From Ascidiella aspersa (lineage: Eukaryota), in NCBI GenBank assembly GCA_963924565.1, contig OZ004615.1:25544001-25608000 (forward strand): a DNA stretch of 64,000 nt. The letters run 5' to 3'. The notes beneath the pieces are model-generated. The model worked only from the letters and a program-made list of their open reading frames with translations. It was not told the origin of the DNA and did no database searches. This document shows, in pieces, positions 27,387 to 42,736 of this stretch; the stretch's first letter is position 1, and the number at the start of each line of letters is the position of its first letter. The translations under genes and the position numbers were made by a program.

Positions 27387-30300
27387 GTGAGTAAAGTGAA
27401 GCAATATTTTGCCCCCCAAGCCTTGGAGCTTATTGCAATATTATGCTCCCCGCGAAATTTTTTTGTAGTGTAGTTTGAACAGGGTTGTTGAATTTAATAG
27501 TGGAGTCGGATGTTTTGCCTGTTATTCTAGCGAATTTCCTACGAAGAACGATTTTATTGCAGATATCGATTTTGGCGCAATTTGATTTTTGGGCTGATTT
27601 AATATTTTTACGTCCGATTTGTGTTTTTACGCTTTTTTTAGTATTTTAGTGTTTTTTTAATTTGTTTTTTTATATTTTCTTAATTTTTTTTTTTTTTATT
27701 ATTTTATTTCAGTAATTTTTTATCTTAAATCGCATACGCCTGAAAATACAATGACGACACAATAGTAGTAACGTATAGTATATAAAAGTTTTAGATTTGT
27801 ACGATAATCACAGTAATACTTAGTTTGTTAAGTTTACGAAAGGTCATCGCATTATTAACTTTTTACGCGCGAAATCAAAAAGCGTCTTCAGAACAAAACA
27901 CGGAAAAACGATTGATCTTTCGTCCTTTTGACCGGGTCAGTAAAAGGGCTGACCGGTATAAACAATACGGAACCGAAATGTTGACTAATTTCATTTCCGT
28001 AGTCCACGTGAATTGGACCCGCGAAAAAGATTTTTTTTAGTTTAATGGCGTTGTTTTGTTCAAACTCGGGAGTTCAGTTTTGTTCGAAATATAAGCACTC
28101 TTAACACAAAGGTATCCGTTAAGAAGGGACAACGAAAATAATGTTGTTTCAAATTATCGTGGCAAGATAAGCTGTCTATATTGTTTGTCGCATTGTGCAT
28201 AATGCCCCTTTTTAAACTTCGTGGATAAAATCCACCTTCTTATAAATGGTCTACATTGCAACTTACCTTTAGTTATCTCTGGTGGACACCTACCAATACA
28301 TGGTAATTTTTCCATTTTATTTTAGGTAATATGATGAGTCTTGTGTCCATTTCTATACAGAAAATTTACAGAAAAGTTATACGATAACTTAGCTAACCCT
28401 TTACTTGTGAATCTAAACTAAACGTTTGAAAATTAAATTCAAATCAATTAAATTAAATCCCCCCCAAAAAAATAGTGAGTCCCGCATTTTGTAAAACCTC
28501 ATCCCGCCTTTTCTTTAAGGTTCAACAAAATTGAAATTTATTTTTATTGCTTTGCCTACCGATTGTATTAATATGAATTGTTACGTAAGCTTAGCAAAGC
28601 TGGAATTGCGAAATTATAGCTCGCTGCAATTTCGCTTTGCTAGAGATTCGCAGGAAACAGCCAATCAGAGACGCTCCTTCACGTGTGCCCTCATGCGGAA
28701 CCGAAACCATGCCGTTCAGCTTTGCGCATTTTTAGCTTTAATGTGGCAAGTTTGCGAAGTTGTGCAAACTTTAGATTATTTAATTAGGGCGCTGGGGGTT
28801 ATTAGGAAAAACAGCTTCGTTGGGTAAATCAGTATTTTTGTCGCGCAACGTTTTCTGAAAATTAATCAAACAATTCACATTACCGTAACGGTTTGAAAAT
28901 ATTTCAATTAAAATGCAACTTATATTAAATGCGAATCTGTTACCTCGGGTATACAGAGATTCGAAAAATGTACAATGCTAAAATCAGGTTGTAGTGAAAA
29001 TTTGAACAAAAGAAATACCTTTATTACCCAATTAGGTTATTTTTCTATTTGCCTTTGCTTAACATACCAGCTTCACGGCCCACTGGCGTTCGAGAAAAGC
29101 TTTGTTGCTTTTTCCGGTCCCTGTGGTTTTTTTAAACAAGTTTAAGAGCTCCAGGTGCGCGAGGACTTTTTTTACCATTTGACCTGATAAAAACGAAAAA
29201 AAAAAAATTTTGAATGACCAAACTATGGACTATCTAACAATTCACCATTGTTGAGCTAACAATAGTGATCGGGGGTTCACCTAAAGGCACATTGGTTCAA
29301 ATAAAATGCTTTTAGAAAACAGACTTTGTCGATTCTGCGTGGTTTCCTATTGTAAGTAGTGGGTTGTGCGTTTCTATGGAGGGTTACACGGTGTTATGTT
29401 GCCCGCCCACTTCCACTAACACCGTTGAAATTCGCCAAACGACAATGAAATGCAGTCATCGGATTTCGAAGCCCAACTACTTCTTAAATAAACAAACAAT
29501 ATTCTGAATATAAAAATAAAAGGTTAAAAATCCATTATCTCAAGACTTATTCGAAACGTTTGCAAAATGAGACCGTTTTCTGTGTTGGCTCTCATATTAA
29601 TTCTATATCTAACTACAACCTCCAGCCATTATGTTACGATTTAATTAAAATGTTCACAAAATGATACTTTCTTCTGTATGGGCTTTGATATTCGTTTAAC
29701 GTCCAACTACAACCTCCAGTCCTTATTTTCAAAAACTAAAGAACAGTCAATGATTTAACGTTTATTTCCATGTTTTGCCTTAAACCTTCTTACTGAACTG
29801 ACATGAAGTAAATTGTTTCTTTCGTGATGTGAATGGAATTTGGACGGTTAGGATTTAATCCTGCCTAAACCACATCTGATCATCTTAAACGATAACGGTT
29901 TCCCGTTTTGTTTCAAAGGAATTTTGACAAAGTCGAAAGAAAATTGACAGAGAAAAAAGAACGATAAATATATTCCTCATAGGCTCTTTCTACTGTTAGT
30001 AGACTTTTTTAAATAGTCGTATTTTATTTATCCCTAAATTGTTGATCAACCTTCTAAAACACCCCCCTGTCCTTATACTAAACCTGCACAACTAAAGGCC
30101 CGCGATCATCAAAAAAAATCTTAGATTCCTAACCATTGCTTAGTTTTACAACAGCCTTTATGCAATTTTTTTTACAACAGCCTTTATGCAATGTGTTTAG
30201 TTGTTTTACACACATTACGCTTTGACTCATCGTAAACAAGATATTTGAGTTGTACAAGCCAGACTAAAAACCTCTTTAAAATTAACTTGGACATGATTCT

Positions 30301-31536
30301 TTATCATTGTTTACTTTAACCACAGCCTTTATGCAAATTTGTTTAGTCTAACCTTCACCCAGCATTAGCGATAGCAAGTAGTTAAAAATTTGCCCACACT
30401 GTACTTTTTTCGGCTTTCCACTTACTTAACTGGCTTGCTTTCGACCCTGAGGCTTGTTTTTGCTTTGAGTGGTTTCAAAGTCCGCAGATAAGCGACTTCG
30501 ATATCAGTTCCTGTAATCTACAAGCTCCCGCTAATCTACTCTTGTGCCAGAAAGCGCAATGCCGCCTTTTTCACCTTTAAATTAATCACACCTTGACAGA
30601 GTTTCCTGAGTTTACGCTCTTCAAACTATAGCATGAAATGAAATATGGGCCTTAAAAAGAAAAACTGTTTTTTTGCGAGCCTTTGATGTAGGATACAGAG
30701 GTTTAGTAATAATTTATTTTCTAAAATCGTCAACAAAGGGTATCTGGCCCCTAATTAATAAAAAACGACTTATCAAATTTACCCCAAAACTTTTAACTAT
30801 TTAACCCTATAGTTATAAGTTAAAAGTTTTACATTTTATACGCAAACTGCGCACTTTTGAGCTATTTTTCACCTTTGGCAAATCCCAAAGGTATCCAAAA
30901 CACGAAACAAATGGATGCGTTGTTTTTTGGGGGCTGTGGCCGGTACAACGACACATTGGCTTGCTGGTTTAAGGCCAAGCCCCAATTAATTGCAATGTTA
31001 CGATTTGTTGTTGCACAACCAAGTTTTCTAGCCGCCTTTAAACGATTAATCGGTGACTCACGCTTTTCAACAGGTTGTAAGCTGAAACCTTTGAGGTGTG
31101 GTTTTGACCTTCATGTTTTACTGAAACATGCAAAGTATGCATAAACGTCTTGGTAAAAATACAAATCAAAATGTACGCTTTACAACTTCTTTGATTTTGC
31201 TCGATAAGTTTGCAATGCCATAAATCAAACCAAATTGTATCCTTGTATTATTCTGCGTTTGAAAACCTATGTTTTTTGACTGTTTACGATTTTTTTAAAT
31301 TATTTTAAGTAAGTATTATGTCCTCTAAAAATGTATTTTTGCAAGAGTTAATGTTTAGCTTTACTGACTCTAAAGAGAAGCAAAGATAAGACTATCTATA
31401 TCAAAAAAGTTTACATGCCCTTCTAATTTGATTTTCTACTGCTACAAAAGTATTTCTTAAAGACCGTTAGTGCGATTAGGGAAACTTTTTCACCCCTTTT
31501 TATATAATAAGTGTTTTACGTTTCTATGTGTTGCAG

Positions 31537-31624
31537 GCGATCCAGGGGATTACCCCTCCCGACGGACACCGAGCCCCAATCCCTCGAAGCAGCACGAGGA
31601 GCATGGAAACGCAAACACCACAAG
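31537..31624 (+). CDS. GLCCI1: FAM117/GLCCI1-family exon (88 nt, phase 0-1)
   Basis: ttgcAG / GTaagt. AIQGITPPDGHRAPIPRSSTRSMETQTPQ contains the conserved PDGHRAP and STRS..TQTP motifs. Confidence 0.93.
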
Positions 31625-32810
31625 GTAAGTGGTGGTTAACTGTTGCAATGTCCCTGCGCTACTTGTTTTGTATTCCTATGCCGTTAAACAAAAGCGTTTT
31701 TTTAGTAGCGCCGTGTATGTTTTCAAGTTTTGGTAATTCTCCTATACTTACATCCGGCGTTTTGGACGTAACAATGAACATTTTTTGTACTCTTTATTGT
31801 GCATGAGTACCGTCGTATAGCTATCCCAAGTTTTGTAATTACTAATTATCGATATTGCGGGAAAAATAAGTCAAAACCAACTAAACTTGTTTTAGGGACA
31901 AATTTTTCGCCGTTTTTTGGCAGAAATACATCTAAAAATTTTTGAATAAAATGGACCCTATTTTTCGAATTAAGTTGATAATTACTAGTTTAAATATGAA
32001 TATCTTCTGAATTTTTGGCAATTTGTTTTCGCAATGTTGGTGTTAAAGTTAAACTATGCCTTTTGATAGCAACTGACTTGACAATCAGACAAATCAATCA
32101 ACAATCAACGTTTAAATAAACACTTACAAAAACAGATCAATAACCAGTTTAAACCTTTAATCGTCATTTTTGTCACATTTATTCGCGGTAAATGTTATTA
32201 CCAGGTCCAACTACGGTGTCAAATCGCTTCTTAATCGGTTCGATGAACATTCAAAGCAATGACGTAACTTTAAATAAAAAACGATCAGGCCTTCGAGCCG
32301 AAACCCTGTTTGGCCTTTTGGATGGATTTCAAAGCTTGTATTTCGCCCTTTTTCAATTCAATTCACCTTCAGTGGCGCGGTCAAATCGCTTTTCGTTCAT
32401 GTTTAAGACACCCAGGGAAGCTAGCAATCCAATTAAGTGCTCTAGTGGCTTCCTGGTCGCAAGCTACAACGCCCCTCTAGTATTTCTCCTTTGGCCATGG
32501 AATGTTGCCAGGTGCGCCGCTGCAAATGGAAAAACATTCGAAAATAGAAAACATAGATTTTTATAAAAAAATTTTAATTTCTTTTAATTTTTTTTACTTT
32601 TCTCTTATTACAATTGGGCTTAGATACGAAACGGATCGTGGCGATTTTATTTTGGAAACAAAAAATAAACCATATTTTACTATTTTTAGCTTACAGACAC
32701 AAAATGTCAAATTAGCTATTTTGTGTGTAATAACTCAAATGTTTTTTTCTCACAAAGCCAACTTTACTGCAGATAGACATCCTCTAATTGTTTCCTTTTT
32801 GTTACGTCAG

Positions 32811-32933
32811 AATACACGCGCGAAGGGGGTGAAAGCATCCCTGCCTCCCCCACCCCCTCACCCACAGTGGAACAACAGATTACTACGAGCGCAGTTCAAA
32901 CAAAGAACAACACTCAGGAACTAGAAGCTAAAG
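32811..32933 (+). CDS. GLCCI1: FAM117/GLCCI1-family exon (123 nt, phase 1-1)
   Basis: ttacgtcAG / GTaagt. Open frame EYTREGGESIPASPTPSPTVEQQITTSAVQTKNNTQELEAK, phase-compatible with both neighbours, S/P-rich linker. Confidence 0.8.
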
Positions 32934-34111
32934 GTAAGTTGTGTTAGTGATTTTTATGCTTGTATTTGAACTTTTCAACCCCTCAACTTCACCATTCATC
33001 AGCACAGTGCTATTTCCGCTCGGTTCAATCGACATTATATTGCTATGCTTTTTTCATATCGATTTTTACCTTAGTTTACCCTTTAAATTAACAGAGACAT
33101 GAGTTCATCGCAATAACTTTAAGGGTTCACCAAACTAAAAAAGGTTGAAGAGCACTGATCTAGCATGACAACCTTAATAATTATAATTAGTAAAATAGTG
33201 TTCAAAACATTGCCAATTCATAAAATCTTTCAAGTTGAACCCTAAAAGATCTCACAAACGGTTGGACGGTAAAAAGGCCTTCTCAATAAACATTTTATGT
33301 TACTTTTTTAGTTTATGTTCAAGTTTATGTCACCAGTTAAAGCAAATCACTGCAATTTGTGTGATAATGTCAAACAATTTCTGATTTTTGGCCGGCCTAA
33401 GCTCAACTCGCAAAAAAATCATGTTTCGTCGAAATAAAAAGCGTCTAGCCCGGGGCCATTTTGAAGGTCAACTTTATGTCCTTGAACTTTAGCTAACCTT
33501 ACAACAAGAATGTGCAGTTTCGTGTTGACTTTTCATTTGGCGTCGCATACTTCGATTAGTTATTATTCGTTACACTTTTCCTGAATCTTAAACTTACAAT
33601 TTCTGTCACATTTGGTCAAAAAAATTTAACACTATTTAATTAAACGCCCATATTTTTGTCGCTTAAGATGTCGATATACATTTTGCAAATTATAACTTTG
33701 TCTTATTAAATACCAAAGCATTTAATTGTGTTTATCCATATTTAAAAAAAAAATGTGGTTACTTTATATTTAGAAAAACGAATACCCCGAAAATACTAAA
33801 AATATTTATTAAAACCCTTACTTTTGTGCATTACGGAAATCCCCAAACCCTTGTATTGTAACTTAACCCCTTTAATTGTCCCCTAGACTCAATACCCCGG
33901 AGACACTTTAAAATATTGAATAAAACCCTAATTTTTGGAGTTTTTATTATAAAAATCTTTAAAACCCTTGTTGGTTAAATGTTTATGATTTTAAATTTTA
34001 GTAATGCTGCCAAAAAACAGACCCCTAGAAACAAAAAGGCAGGATTCTCTTGAATTAGACAAGACCCCACAGGGAGCCATTTACCTTATTCGAGCAGGGA
34101 ACGCTTTGTAA

Positions 34112-34369
<258 letters not shown>

Positions 34370-35774
34370 TAAAAATATCAAAATCCTTTTATGGATTGGT
34401 AAGCAGAACTGCGAAGGCACGATTCTTTGCTTGTGCAGCCAGGGAAGTTATTATTAACTAATCTATTGCTAGAGTGCAACCATCTATTTTGGGTGTTTTT
34501 TTTTTGCTGAAAAGACTCTTTAAAAGGGGCTTTACATACTAAAACAGGAGGTGAAATAATTTTTTTTCATTTACGCAGTTTGTATTGATAAAAAATCCAG
34601 TTTCCAACAGCACAAATAAAACAACTTTTAGGAATAGCGGAGAAAAAAATTCTCCTGGAATCGAGGTCTGCTGACTGGATGTAGTAAAACTTTTCTATAA
34701 ATTGGAAACCTTTTTGGCAAACATGGCAATTTGTGTGGTCAACAGTATAACTGTGCATATGTGTAAAATATACCTTAAAAAAACTGCAAAATTATTTTTT
34801 GCGGGCCGAACTTGGAAAAAAAATGTTTATCTTTTAACAAAAACGGTCAAGATAACGCACAAGTGTTAGAACGTCGACTTTAATGCATTCAACCAACATT
34901 TAACGCTGCTTTGAAAAAGGTTGTACAAATTGTCCAGGGTATTCTTTTAACGTGTTATTTTCGTAAAAGCCTAAAAGTATAATTGCCTCTTTTTAAATTG
35001 CGCACCTGACAACAACCGTCCCATCATGGGATTTACTTGTCAGCCGTTTGTTTACTTTTCGCTGATCCGAAATATCGCCCTCCTTTCCAAATGCGACAAC
35101 AACAATAGATAAAATCGGCTCATGCATTAGTAAAGGCATCTTTATACACGGTAGGGGTGAAAATATGGGGCTTTCTTTATTCTCTGGAGAAGTAATTTTA
35201 ACGGCTTGAGTTCTCTTTTGTCGACATTGGCGATTCATGGGTGTATTTTAACATAAGAGTGTTTTATATGAACGGCTGAACGGCCACATTGCGATTAATA
35301 TTTAATGCGAAACACGATGGACCATGGCCTACGTAAGGGTTTATAAGTAGATATGGAGTATAAAGAGGTCAATTAGAGTGCCCAAAATATTAAAAGCATA
35401 TTGACCTCGCAGATATAGATGAAATATATTGAATATTGTCACTTTTATATTTATTAAGCCATTTTTCATACAAAACAGCTTAACAAATGTTGTTGAAATG
35501 TGACATTTGTACCATGACTACTCCATTTTTACTGCAAAACAGGTTTATTTATGGCTATTCAATTGCAAAGCAATGCAAAAAAAGAAGAAAAAAGTTTTTT
35601 TTAGGGGGAGGACAATTTATTTTTTTCCAAAAAATTTTAGCCTAAACCTGAATTTCAAACTGACGTAGCACGGTCAATACTGAACCAAACGTGCTCAGAT
35701 TTGCTTTGTGGGTTTTTTAGACGCAACCTAACAATTCAAGTATTTGTTTGAACAACCCCAATATTTATATAAAG

Positions 35775-36104
35775 CAGGGATGTTCGATAATGTCGGATCG
35801 GATCCCCGATGTGTTAGTATCGATATTCGTCCGATACAAAGGGTGGTATCGGTGCCGATCCGATACCAAATTTATTTTATCATTAAAGTCATGATTTGCG
35901 ATCCGGCACAACGAGTTTTACTTTAAGCCTGTACTTTTCAAATTAACAACTGGAATTTAACTTTTGGCTCAATCACTTGAACAACATTAACCTAAACACA
36001 TGTATTTCTTCTAATTTGCTCGTATGTAGTAAACCTTCAGTATCGATACTTTTGTCCAAAATATCGGTTATCAGGATATTGGAATAAAACTATCTAACAT
36101 CCCT
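35775..36104. mobile_element. MITE with agggatgtt...aacatccct termini and gatcgg/ccgatac subrepeats; partial inverted copy at ~56605-56703
   Basis: Inverted termini. The ~100-nt atcggatcgg...ggtatcggtgccgatccgatacc block recurs in reverse complement at 56605-56703. Confidence 0.7.
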
Positions 36105-39100
36105 AAGTGCGAATTTGCAAATGGCACTGAACTCCCTGAAAAACCACAACCCTCGGGTTTCCAGGTTCATGTTTACATTTGGTGCGCCCGAAGAATTCCA
36201 GTTTTAATTGTATTCTTCCCTGTGTGGTCGCCCACAATCATAACAATCCAGCCAGGTTGAAAAAGCAATCTTTTTAGCGGTATCCGACCAAAACCAATGT
36301 GGCATTCAGTGTAAGTGCGACTTAGTGGTTATTGAAAGAAATTCTAATACATTCCAATTTAATTTACTATCTGATAAATGCTACTGAACTCATATTCTTA
36401 CTTTTTTTAGATTTGATATAAATCACCTATTTTAACATAAAGTTTTTTATTTTGTTCTATTTTTGCCTTTTTCCATTTTTTATCTTGTAAACTTCAGGCA
36501 CTTTTATTATCCGACCATTAAAAAAGCTCTATTTTACCATTAGAACAATTATACCCTTTTAAGTTTGACGAGCAACTTGCAATTATTCGACGTAACTGAA
36601 ATAATAGTTTTCTTAAGAACATATTACGATAAAAAGTTCAGTTTTAATTTAACGTATAAGATAGAAAACATAATTTGAAGAGAGATTATGCGTTTGATGG
36701 TTCGGTTTCAAGATCATATGTTTACTAACTTCAAACTCTATTTAAGCTTAAATGCGCGGACAAATTAAAAGCACCACGCCCATCCGTATACTTCACTGGG
36801 TTTACGATGGGAAATGAAAATGTCGCGCCATCGGTCATTCGGTTTGTCTGTCCAGGTTAAGTCTGTAGTTTGGTCAACTCTTAGTTTTGTGACACGCTGT
36901 TGACACTAGCACCATCCACCCGTAAAGCGGCTGTACGCTCTATGGACGCCTTTAGGTCGACTTATTAAAAGATCCGCTTCGGAAACTCATTTTTGCGAAT
37001 GTTTTAACGCGCGAGTGAATGGAACTGGTACAAGTCGGAAATACGATGGATTTTTTTATCGTTTGGTGTCTATAACGATTGCCTACGTAGCTATTTTTGA
37101 AATATACTCTTGTAGGTAAACCTTTTGCCATTTTAAATTAAACTTTTGGCACAGTCTTTGTTGTTAGACGTGCAGGTATAATTTTCTTAATTTTACAAAC
37201 AATGGCGTCATAATTTTAGATCACTGGTTCCTAAACATTTTTAGTATGTTTCCCTACAAAAGTCTGACCGATTAAATTTTTATTATTTGTCGCGTTGTTT
37301 TTCATTTAAATTTCTTGAAAAGTTTGCAAAAATCAAAAAAATGTTTAATTCTCGTTTTTTGTTGTTTAGCAGTCAAAGCTACCATTACAACAACCCTTGT
37401 GGTCCAAAGTTAAAAAATGTCCTTACTTTTTTTGGAAAAGTGCACATTTTGCTGTTTACAAACGTTTCGGCAATACCTCGTAAACTAATTTTTTACGCCC
37501 AACAGTTTTTTTTTGCGATTTAAATCAACTGAGATAACCCCACACACCCCACAGGTTAATCCCCAAATAACCCCATCAGTCTCCTGTGTCGAGTCAAATT
37601 CTCTCAAACAACCGACGAATGACGTCACAGGCTGCTGCATTAGCACGCGTCCATGCTTGACGACGCTTCGCTTGAGTGCGTTTGTGTCGTATGCTTTTAA
37701 GCTAGTTGTGAGGCGGTTGGATTGGCTAGCGTGGTTGTAAAGTGTTTTAGTGATTTGGCAACTGCTTTCTTGGCACGTAAAAAGTCGACTGGCTCTTATT
37801 TCTAGTCTTGTTTTTTCTCTTTACCCGTGAGTTTTATACTTTTTGACCTGATCAATCAATTTCATTCTTATTTCAATACAAGACCCATGAAAAAACTTAA
37901 AAAATATGCACAAATTTTATGAAAACTTGTTATACTTTTTTTTGGGTTTTCATTGACTTGTACCACTAATCAAAATTGCAAAGTAGATATAAGCTTAACC
38001 AAATTTTGGTAAAAAAGTGACCTCCTGTCAGGTTTTGCCTCGTTCAACTGTCCGCTATAAACTATGTATACAGAGGTTCCGGAAATAACCTCTCTGGTGT
38101 GCGCACTTCATTTAAAGTATTTCTCTTCGTAGGCTTAAAACTGAGAAGTGCAGACTGGAAATGCGGCTTTTCAGGGTCTACTTTACAGAGTCGTGTTTGC
38201 GTGTGAAGTCGTTGTAACCCTGTTCCATTGTAGTATCTTAAGCTCCATCTTAAATATAACGGGATAAACTTTCTGATTTGGCCAACTGATTTAGATAATA
38301 GCCTTTTCGAAGGTTCCCGGTTTATTAATAAAAGTTCTTCCGTAATCGTTGTTCAGTACTTCTCCATCAGGGATGATCACGGTATATACCCATTTAAATT
38401 CCATGCCTGAGTCGCCCCTAAAAAAATGCAATACTATCTAACGTATTACATTCCTGTGAAGATGTTTAATGAGCTGTAACCATTACAATGCTGTTGAACA
38501 AAGAGTTCTTACGGTGTATAAAGCTAAAAAACATATCTAGGAAATTGATGTTGGCATAATTTAAGGTTGCAAGGGCTGAATAAGTGTCATCAAAATGTAA
38601 AAAAAGCCCATAAACCTAAAAAACAGTAAAAAACCTATGTTTCCGAATCGAGGCATGTAGATAAACACCAGGTTTGGCCTGGCATCTTGTATTGTTACTC
38701 TACTGCTACAACAAAACACAATTCAACTCAAGCCCATATAACCATGTCCAAATGAGGGGCGCCCAAGCGTTTAATGACGTCAATACTATACCACTACTAT
38801 GATTTTTATGTCCACTTTGCTGAGTTATTTTCCAATTGTAAAACAGGAAATGTTTTTGAGGTTAGTGTTCGAAATGTTATTGAGACTTGATATATAATTG
38901 TGGGTTCTAAATATTTGTTACTGACACTAGACTTCTATATAATCTAGTTTTGTAGTTCGGCGAATTGAGAGCAAAATGCGACTAATTCCAAGTTTATTGT
39001 GGATTGCTTTTGTGTGCTAATTAAAATTTTAAAATGTAATTTTCAAGTTACAGGTCAGATTTAAATTACAATAATCGAATTCGCCAAAAATACCAAATCC

Positions 39101-39515
39101 GTTTGTCAAACAAAGATTAATTTGCTTTAATTTTACAATTGAAACTACTATAAGTAACCAAATTCTACCAAGCAAAGCAGCCATGGTGTGATCGTAAACA
39201 TACAGTCCTTTGGTCGTTTTGATGCCCAACCACAACCGCAGCTTGTTGTGTGTGGTTTATAAGATTTGTGGGCGAGTTTGGACCTGCCCAGACCACTATG
39301 TGTTGTTGCAACGCATTGCACCACTAGAATGCCTTGCTCGTAAAACCACCGACGGTGATATATCAGTGTAGATTACGCTGCATTGTTGGGTAAAGCTCTA
39401 CCATCGTGCTTGGTCATTAAATTACCACTTCTAAGATGGAATCGTATACTCTGTTTTAAAGTTAACTTTTTGAGGTGATTTTTTTTTGGCAAAATTCAGT
39501 GCGTTTGTCTTAAAT

Positions 39516-39824
39516 CAGGGGTGTCCAACTCAAACATGCCGGCGTGCCAATTTTTATCTTATAACTTCTTCCCGTGCCAAAGTTTAGCAACTATTTTGTT
39601 TCTAATATTAAAAGCGCTTTTATCCAAAAAATTAAAACAGTATAATGTTATAATATTAGAAGTAGTTGTTTGTTGTCGTAATAGCTTGGATTGTTTTGTA
39701 TTGTAAATAAGCAATGACAATTGGCTGTAGAACAAATTTAGCTTTTTTGACAATTGGCGGTATTTTTTGGGGGGCTTGCGTGCCATTTTTTATTGGGTCG
39801 CGTGCCTCATGTTGGACACCTCTG
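39516..39824. mobile_element. hAT-type MITE
   Basis: TIR caggggtgtccaac ... gttggacacctctg; flanks tcttaaat / ccttaaac; cgtgcc subterminal repeats. Confidence 0.8.
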
Positions 39825-41779
39825 CCTTAAACTAAGTAGACCTTCAGCTTTAAGTTAAGAAACAGAAGTTCTAGTGTTTCTTCTTTGATTAATGAATAAA
39901 ACCCTGCAGTAGAAAGCGTATTACAGCGTTGCCGCAAAGTCTTAAATGCCTTAAGACTAGATGTATTTACATTAAATCGTTAAAAAATTTTGTTTTTTAA
40001 AATGCCTTTAAATGGATTTCCACTTTGAAAAACGAGGAAAATTTTTTTTTTTAGAAGTGGTTGAATAGTATTTGAAATTTTTTAGCTTAAGATATGTGTT
40101 TATAAAGGGTTGTATTAACTAATCTTCTAAACTGGTTTTAATTGGGTTTACCATGGCATTTGTAATGTTTTGTTTTTAAAATAAATTCAAAACACGATGA
40201 ATCCAATTTTAAATCTTTGAAAACCTATGAATTTTCTCTAACTAGCTTTTAAATGTGAAATTTATTTCATAAAATATGTGGCAATCTTTGCATTAAAGTG
40301 TGCTCTTCCAACCAAAGCCGTTCGCTGTAATTTCATATTTCCCTTGCTAATACAATAATTTACCACTCGTAGCCTGCTAAAGAAATTAATTTGACCTGAA
40401 ATCCCTTCAACAATAAAATCTCTTGACCCCCGCCCCTCCCCCTAAACGCTGGCCTATGGCGGCGCACGAATTTCGCGCGTCTTGTTTCAGCTTCGCGCCA
40501 AACCGCGAGCGAGCGTACCATGACAGATTAACGGAAATTACGATCGCCCTTAAAAGTCGCCATTGCTTGAATGGACATATCGTGTTTCGTGTCCAGTGCT
40601 TAATTTCCATTGGACTTTGAGTAATCGCTAATGTGTAAGAAAAACAGTTTTTTCAAACTGTGAGCTTTGAGAGGTTCTAAAATGAACCGCGCAACTTTTT
40701 GTAATTTTCCAAAATAATTCTACTAGACGAAATATCCGGCGTTTCCCAGGTTTATTTGAGTGTTTGCTCGTTTTAATACAGTCGCCTTAAATAAAATGAA
40801 AAAATGCAACTTACTAAGTCGCCCTAAACTTGGAATTAAAAATTAGCACGCAATTACCCAATAAACGCGGTAACTTACAAAAAATACCCTAATTTTGCGT
40901 AGATAATTAAAATGTAAAAAGTCATCAGGCTGTGGCTTCCTAATCACTATTACATGCTTTGTTGTACGCAAGTTATAATTATCAGCCGCTTGGCGTTTTT
41001 ATTTTGCTATTGGCAGCTTTTAAGTCGCCCCCAAATAAAACGGATCAAATTTGCACCAATAATTTTTTAACTAGTCAACTAACGTTAGCAGAAAGCGCGC
41101 TTTTTTTACTTTTTCCTTGCCCTGCAAGCTGAAAAAGTTTTAAAAGAACTGGTGTTAAGTAATTGGCCAAAACAAGTACTTCGATATGGCTTCAATTATT
41201 AGCATTTGACCGCGGAAAGCCAACATCGATGTAGCCAAGTATGGTCGACGATTTCCTTATTATACTGCGCCTTCAGAAGCTCGCGGCCAACAGCTGCGCC
41301 TTTGTGTCTTTTAAGTAACTTCGCTGCGTGATGTTTTGGCGAACTCGTATTTAAGTTCGTGTCACCTTTGAGAATACTTTTGGCCAGGAGAGGTGTGGCT
41401 GGTGGCTTAATTTTTATCTTGGCTCTATTCAGTGTCTGTCGTTCTGCGTAAAGCGTAACAACGTAGGACAACAAAATTTAACCTGTTATTCGGTGTGAGA
41501 TTGCTCTAAAGTTTCACTGGAGATGGTTGGAATAAGGGTTGACCGATATGACGTCATTGTTATACTTAAACAAGCCAAATTTGTGAAATTAAAAGAGTAG
41601 TGATAGTGCTCGCGTATCATTTCATTACACGACTGTGTTCAAGATATTCTGGTTTATTCTCAGTTTTTGTCGGTAAAAAATAGCTTACCGATCATGTTTT
41701 ATAATTAAAAAACAATCGTTAGGCAAAGTAATATTTTCCATCGACTTTCGATTTCTCAACTACATGCGGTTTCTTTCAG

Positions 41780-41887
41780 GATCTTCACCAGCAGGTGTCG
41801 CCAAGTTGCCCGGACAAGAACAAGGTCAACTTTATTCCCAAACTCTCGTCAGCTTTCGTTCCCGCATTCAAGTCAAAGTTAAGCTCG
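41780..41887 (+). CDS. GLCCI1: FAM117/GLCCI1-family exon (108 nt, phase 0-0)
   Basis: ttctttcAG / GTgagt. DLHQQVSPSCPDKNKVNFIPKLSSAFVPAFKSKLSS contains the family SCPDKNKVNFIP..SAF motif. Confidence 0.94.
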
Positions 41888-41951
41888 GTGAGTTTTAATA
41901 ATTTATTGAATGATACCTGAAAATTGTGGTTTAAACAAGACTTAATCTAAC

Positions 41952-42291
41952 CAGTGGTTCTCAACCTTTTTTTTCGTGGCCCATTTACGTTGCAAAAAAA
42001 TTCTGTGGCCCAATTAACTTTAAGGAAAAAACTGTAAAATAGGTTTAGAACAAAACACAGCAGAACGTATTTCAAAACAGATTATTTATTGAACCGTGCA
42101 TTAGTGAGATACTTGCGGCTGAACAATAAATTTACATTCCTTTTTAATTCCTCCCCAAGCCATTATTCCTGTAAAATTAAATATAGTGACCCAAATGAAA
42201 CTAAATCTAGTTTTTTAAATTGGTCTGTGGCCCACCTCAAATGTTCTTATGACCCATCAGCGAGCCATGGCCCACTGGTTGAGAATCGCTG
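41952..42291. mobile_element. hAT-type MITE in the last intron of the FAM117 gene
   Basis: TIR cagtggttctcaacc ... ggttgagaatcgctg; tggccca subterminal repeats; the TSD is degraded. Confidence 0.78.
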
Positions 42292-42586
42292 CTCTAGCTT
42301 TAGTGACATAAAGACATTAAGGTGCAGTCGATGGTTCTAATTACGAAAAGAGACACAATAACATCAAATTGCAACAAGTTTATTTGCTCAACAGCCTATT
42401 TATTATAACCTCGTTATTTTTTTAGCTTATCATATGCGACAATTAAAACTGTTACAACGAATGCCTTCGGTGTGCCTCAACGAAATATTTTGTACGACTT
42501 AAAAGGGTTTGTCAACAGTCCACAGAACACACATTGTGTATATAAACCTTTCAACAAGCACAATTCAACTTATTTTTTCCTCCCAG

Positions 42587-42736
42587 TGTGAAAACCTCAA
42601 GCCCGGCTCACTAATCAACGAGCAGAACAACAACCCACCTAACCTCGCGCCCATAACCGTCGTACAGCAACAATCTGGCTTCCAGAACACAAGCCCAGAA
42701 ATCATGATGACGTCACTCGCCGGCGGTGACGCGTGA
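42587..42736 (+). CDS. GLCCI1: FAM117/GLCCI1-family terminal coding exon (stop TGA 42734-42736)
   Basis: ttcctcccAG acceptor in phase 0. CENLKPGSLINEQNNNPPNLAPITVVQQQSGFQNTSPEIMMTSLAGGDA*; followed by U-rich 3'UTR-like sequence. Confidence 0.78.
   Translation, partial: CENLKPGSLINEQNNNPPNLAPITVVQQQSGFQNTSPEIMMTSLAGGDA

Noticed and set aside
32192-32924. Longest ORFs (124 and 140 aa)
   Set aside because: No recognisable motifs; the true exon 32811-32933 is read in another frame.
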